This document shows positions 62,773 to 64,000 of a stretch of DNA of 64,000 nt, in pieces; position 1 is the first letter of the stretch; each line of letters starts with the position of its first letter. The DNA is taken from NCBI GenBank assembly GCA_037445735.1, contig JBBIJY010000013.1, positions 20,478-84,477 of the forward strand, given 5' to 3'. Made by a program: the position numbers and the translations under genes. The notes beneath the pieces were generated by a model. That model was not told the DNA's origin, made no database searches, and saw only the letters and a list, made by a program, of their open reading frames with translations. Source of the stretch: Armatimonadota bacterium (GTDB lineage Bacteria; Armatimonadota; Fimbriimonadia; Fimbriimonadales; GBS-DC).

Positions 62773-63846
62773 ATGAACTGGCGAGTGGTCTACCCGGAGT
62801 GGCAGACGGTTCTGGAGAATCTGGCGTCCGTATCGGGCGTGGTGATAGTGCTGGGCGGGGTGGACACGGGCAAGTCCACCTTCTGCTCGCTGTTGTTGCG
62901 TCTATGGCAATCGGCGGGCACGGTCGCAGGCTATGTCGACCTCGATCTGGGTCAGAGCAATGTGGGTCCGCCATCGACTTTCAGCTGGTCGCTGGTGCGC
63001 CAGCCGTTCGAGCGGTTGAGCGACCTTGCGCCGGGCGGGCTGGCGTTTGTGGGCGATGTGACGCCCGCTCGCCATATCGCGCTGGCGCTGACCGGCGCAC
63101 GGCGCGTGCTGGACGAACTGCTCGCGCTGCAGCCCGAAAAGGTGGTGATTGACACCTGCGGTTATATTGGGGGCTGGGCGGCTCGCCAGTATAAGCTGAT
63201 GCTGACCGATTTATTGCGTCCGCGCGTGATTGTGGGCTTACAGCGCGAGCGGGAGTTGAACCCGATTCTGGACGCTTTGCGCCGTCGCGCCGACTGGCGT
63301 GTGGAGGTCGTGCCCGTGCCTGAAGCGATCGGGCGCAAGCCGCCCATTTTCCGCTCGCAGTATCGGCGCGTCGCGTTCGCCCGCTACTTCGAGGGCGCCC
63401 GCTCCCACACGCTGCCGCTGAGCCAGATCAGCCTGATCGGGCGGCGACTGGGCGCGGGCGAGCCGCTCAGCGACGCCGCGCGCCAGCACCTGCAAAACCA
63501 GATTCGCGCCGAACTGCTCCATGCCGAACGCTATGGTGACCACCTGCATGTGATTCTGCGTCAGCCGCTCACCGAGCAGCAGATCGGGTTATTGCAGGCG
63601 CTCACCCGCGCCCAGCACCTCACCCTGCTGCCGCCCTCCGCCTATCAGCACCTGCTGGTGGGGCTGACCGATTACACAGGGCGCACTTTCGGCGTCGGGC
63701 TGATCGAATCGCTCGATTTCGAGGCGGGCGCGCTCACCCTGCTCTCACCGGTGCATTCCGTTCAGCCTGTGCGCTGGGTTCAGCTGGGCTACCTGCGCGT
63801 GCTGCCCGACGGCACCGAGCTCGGCGAACCCCTGCGTGAAGGCTAA
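62773..63846 (+). CDS. Clp1/Grc3-family polynucleotide 5'-kinase
   Basis: P-loop 'GGVDTGKST', 'DLDLGQ..GPP', 'IDTCG', lid-like 'RSQYR', C-terminal 'LLVGL..GVGLI'. Confidence 0.82.
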   Translation: MNWRVVYPEWQTVLENLASVSGVVIVLGGVDTGKSTFCSLLLRLWQSAGTVAGYVDLDLGQSNVGPPSTFSWSLVRQPFERLSDLAPGGLAFVGDVTPARHIALALTGARRVLDELLALQPEKVVIDTCGYIGGWAARQYKLMLTDLLRPRVIVGLQRERELNPILDALRRRADWRVEVVPVPEAIGRKPPIFRSQYRRVAFARYFEGARSHTLPLSQISLIGRRLGAGEPLSDAARQHLQNQIRAELLHAERYGDHLHVILRQPLTEQQIGLLQALTRAQHLTLLPPSAYQHLLVGLTDYTGRTFGVGLIESLDFEAGALTLLSPVHSVQPVRWVQLGYLRVLPDGTELGEPLREG

Positions 63847-63945
63847 AAGCCCCATCCATGCCCTTAACAGACACAGATGGGGCTGACATGAAGCGCGATT
63901 CAGGGTCAGGTGCTGCCCGACCCTGAACCTGAGTGATTGAACGGC

Positions 63946-64000
63946 TTAGCCGCCGCAGCCGAAGTTGAACAGCACAATCAGCAGGTCGGCGTCATCCACC
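63946..64000 (-). CDS. 3' end (partial) of another protein with the dockerin-like tail
   Basis: Minus strand reads VDDADLLIVLFNFGCGG-stop. Confidence 0.85.
   Translation of the reverse strand, partial: VDDADLLIVLFNFGCGG

Overview
GC-rich bacterial chromosomal segment. It is most likely from a diderm member of Armatimonadota (inference from PEP-CTERM, DUF1559-type prepilin, kdsA and the repeated C-terminal dockerin-like tails). About 55 genes can be supported. Housekeeping and metabolic genes include xylA, glnD, rnj, trmFO, ugd, lpdA, gyrB, kdsA, aroQ, miaB, thiG, thiE, nadC and a tRNA-Leu(CAA). There are three toxin-antitoxin pairs and many secreted or surface proteins. The most notable observations are: (1) an accessory cluster at 42.1-47.2 kb encoding a LuxR regulator behind a G9 tract, a DUF1573-like protein, a 14-Cys secreted peptide, a tail-anchored partner, a prepilin and an Lnt homologue; (2) four unrelated proteins ending in a near-identical two-Cys dockerin-like tail; (3) a VapBC module bracketed by a perfect 52-bp duplication of a host gene's 3' end; (4) a GG-TANNNT -10 box 6-10 nt before the start codon of at least 14 genes, suggesting widespread leaderless mRNAs; (5) a three-hairpin 5' leader on a PEP-CTERM gene; (6) a REP-like palindrome family. 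No CRISPR array, integrase or transposase was seen. All functional calls come from motif recognition by eye; no searches were run.
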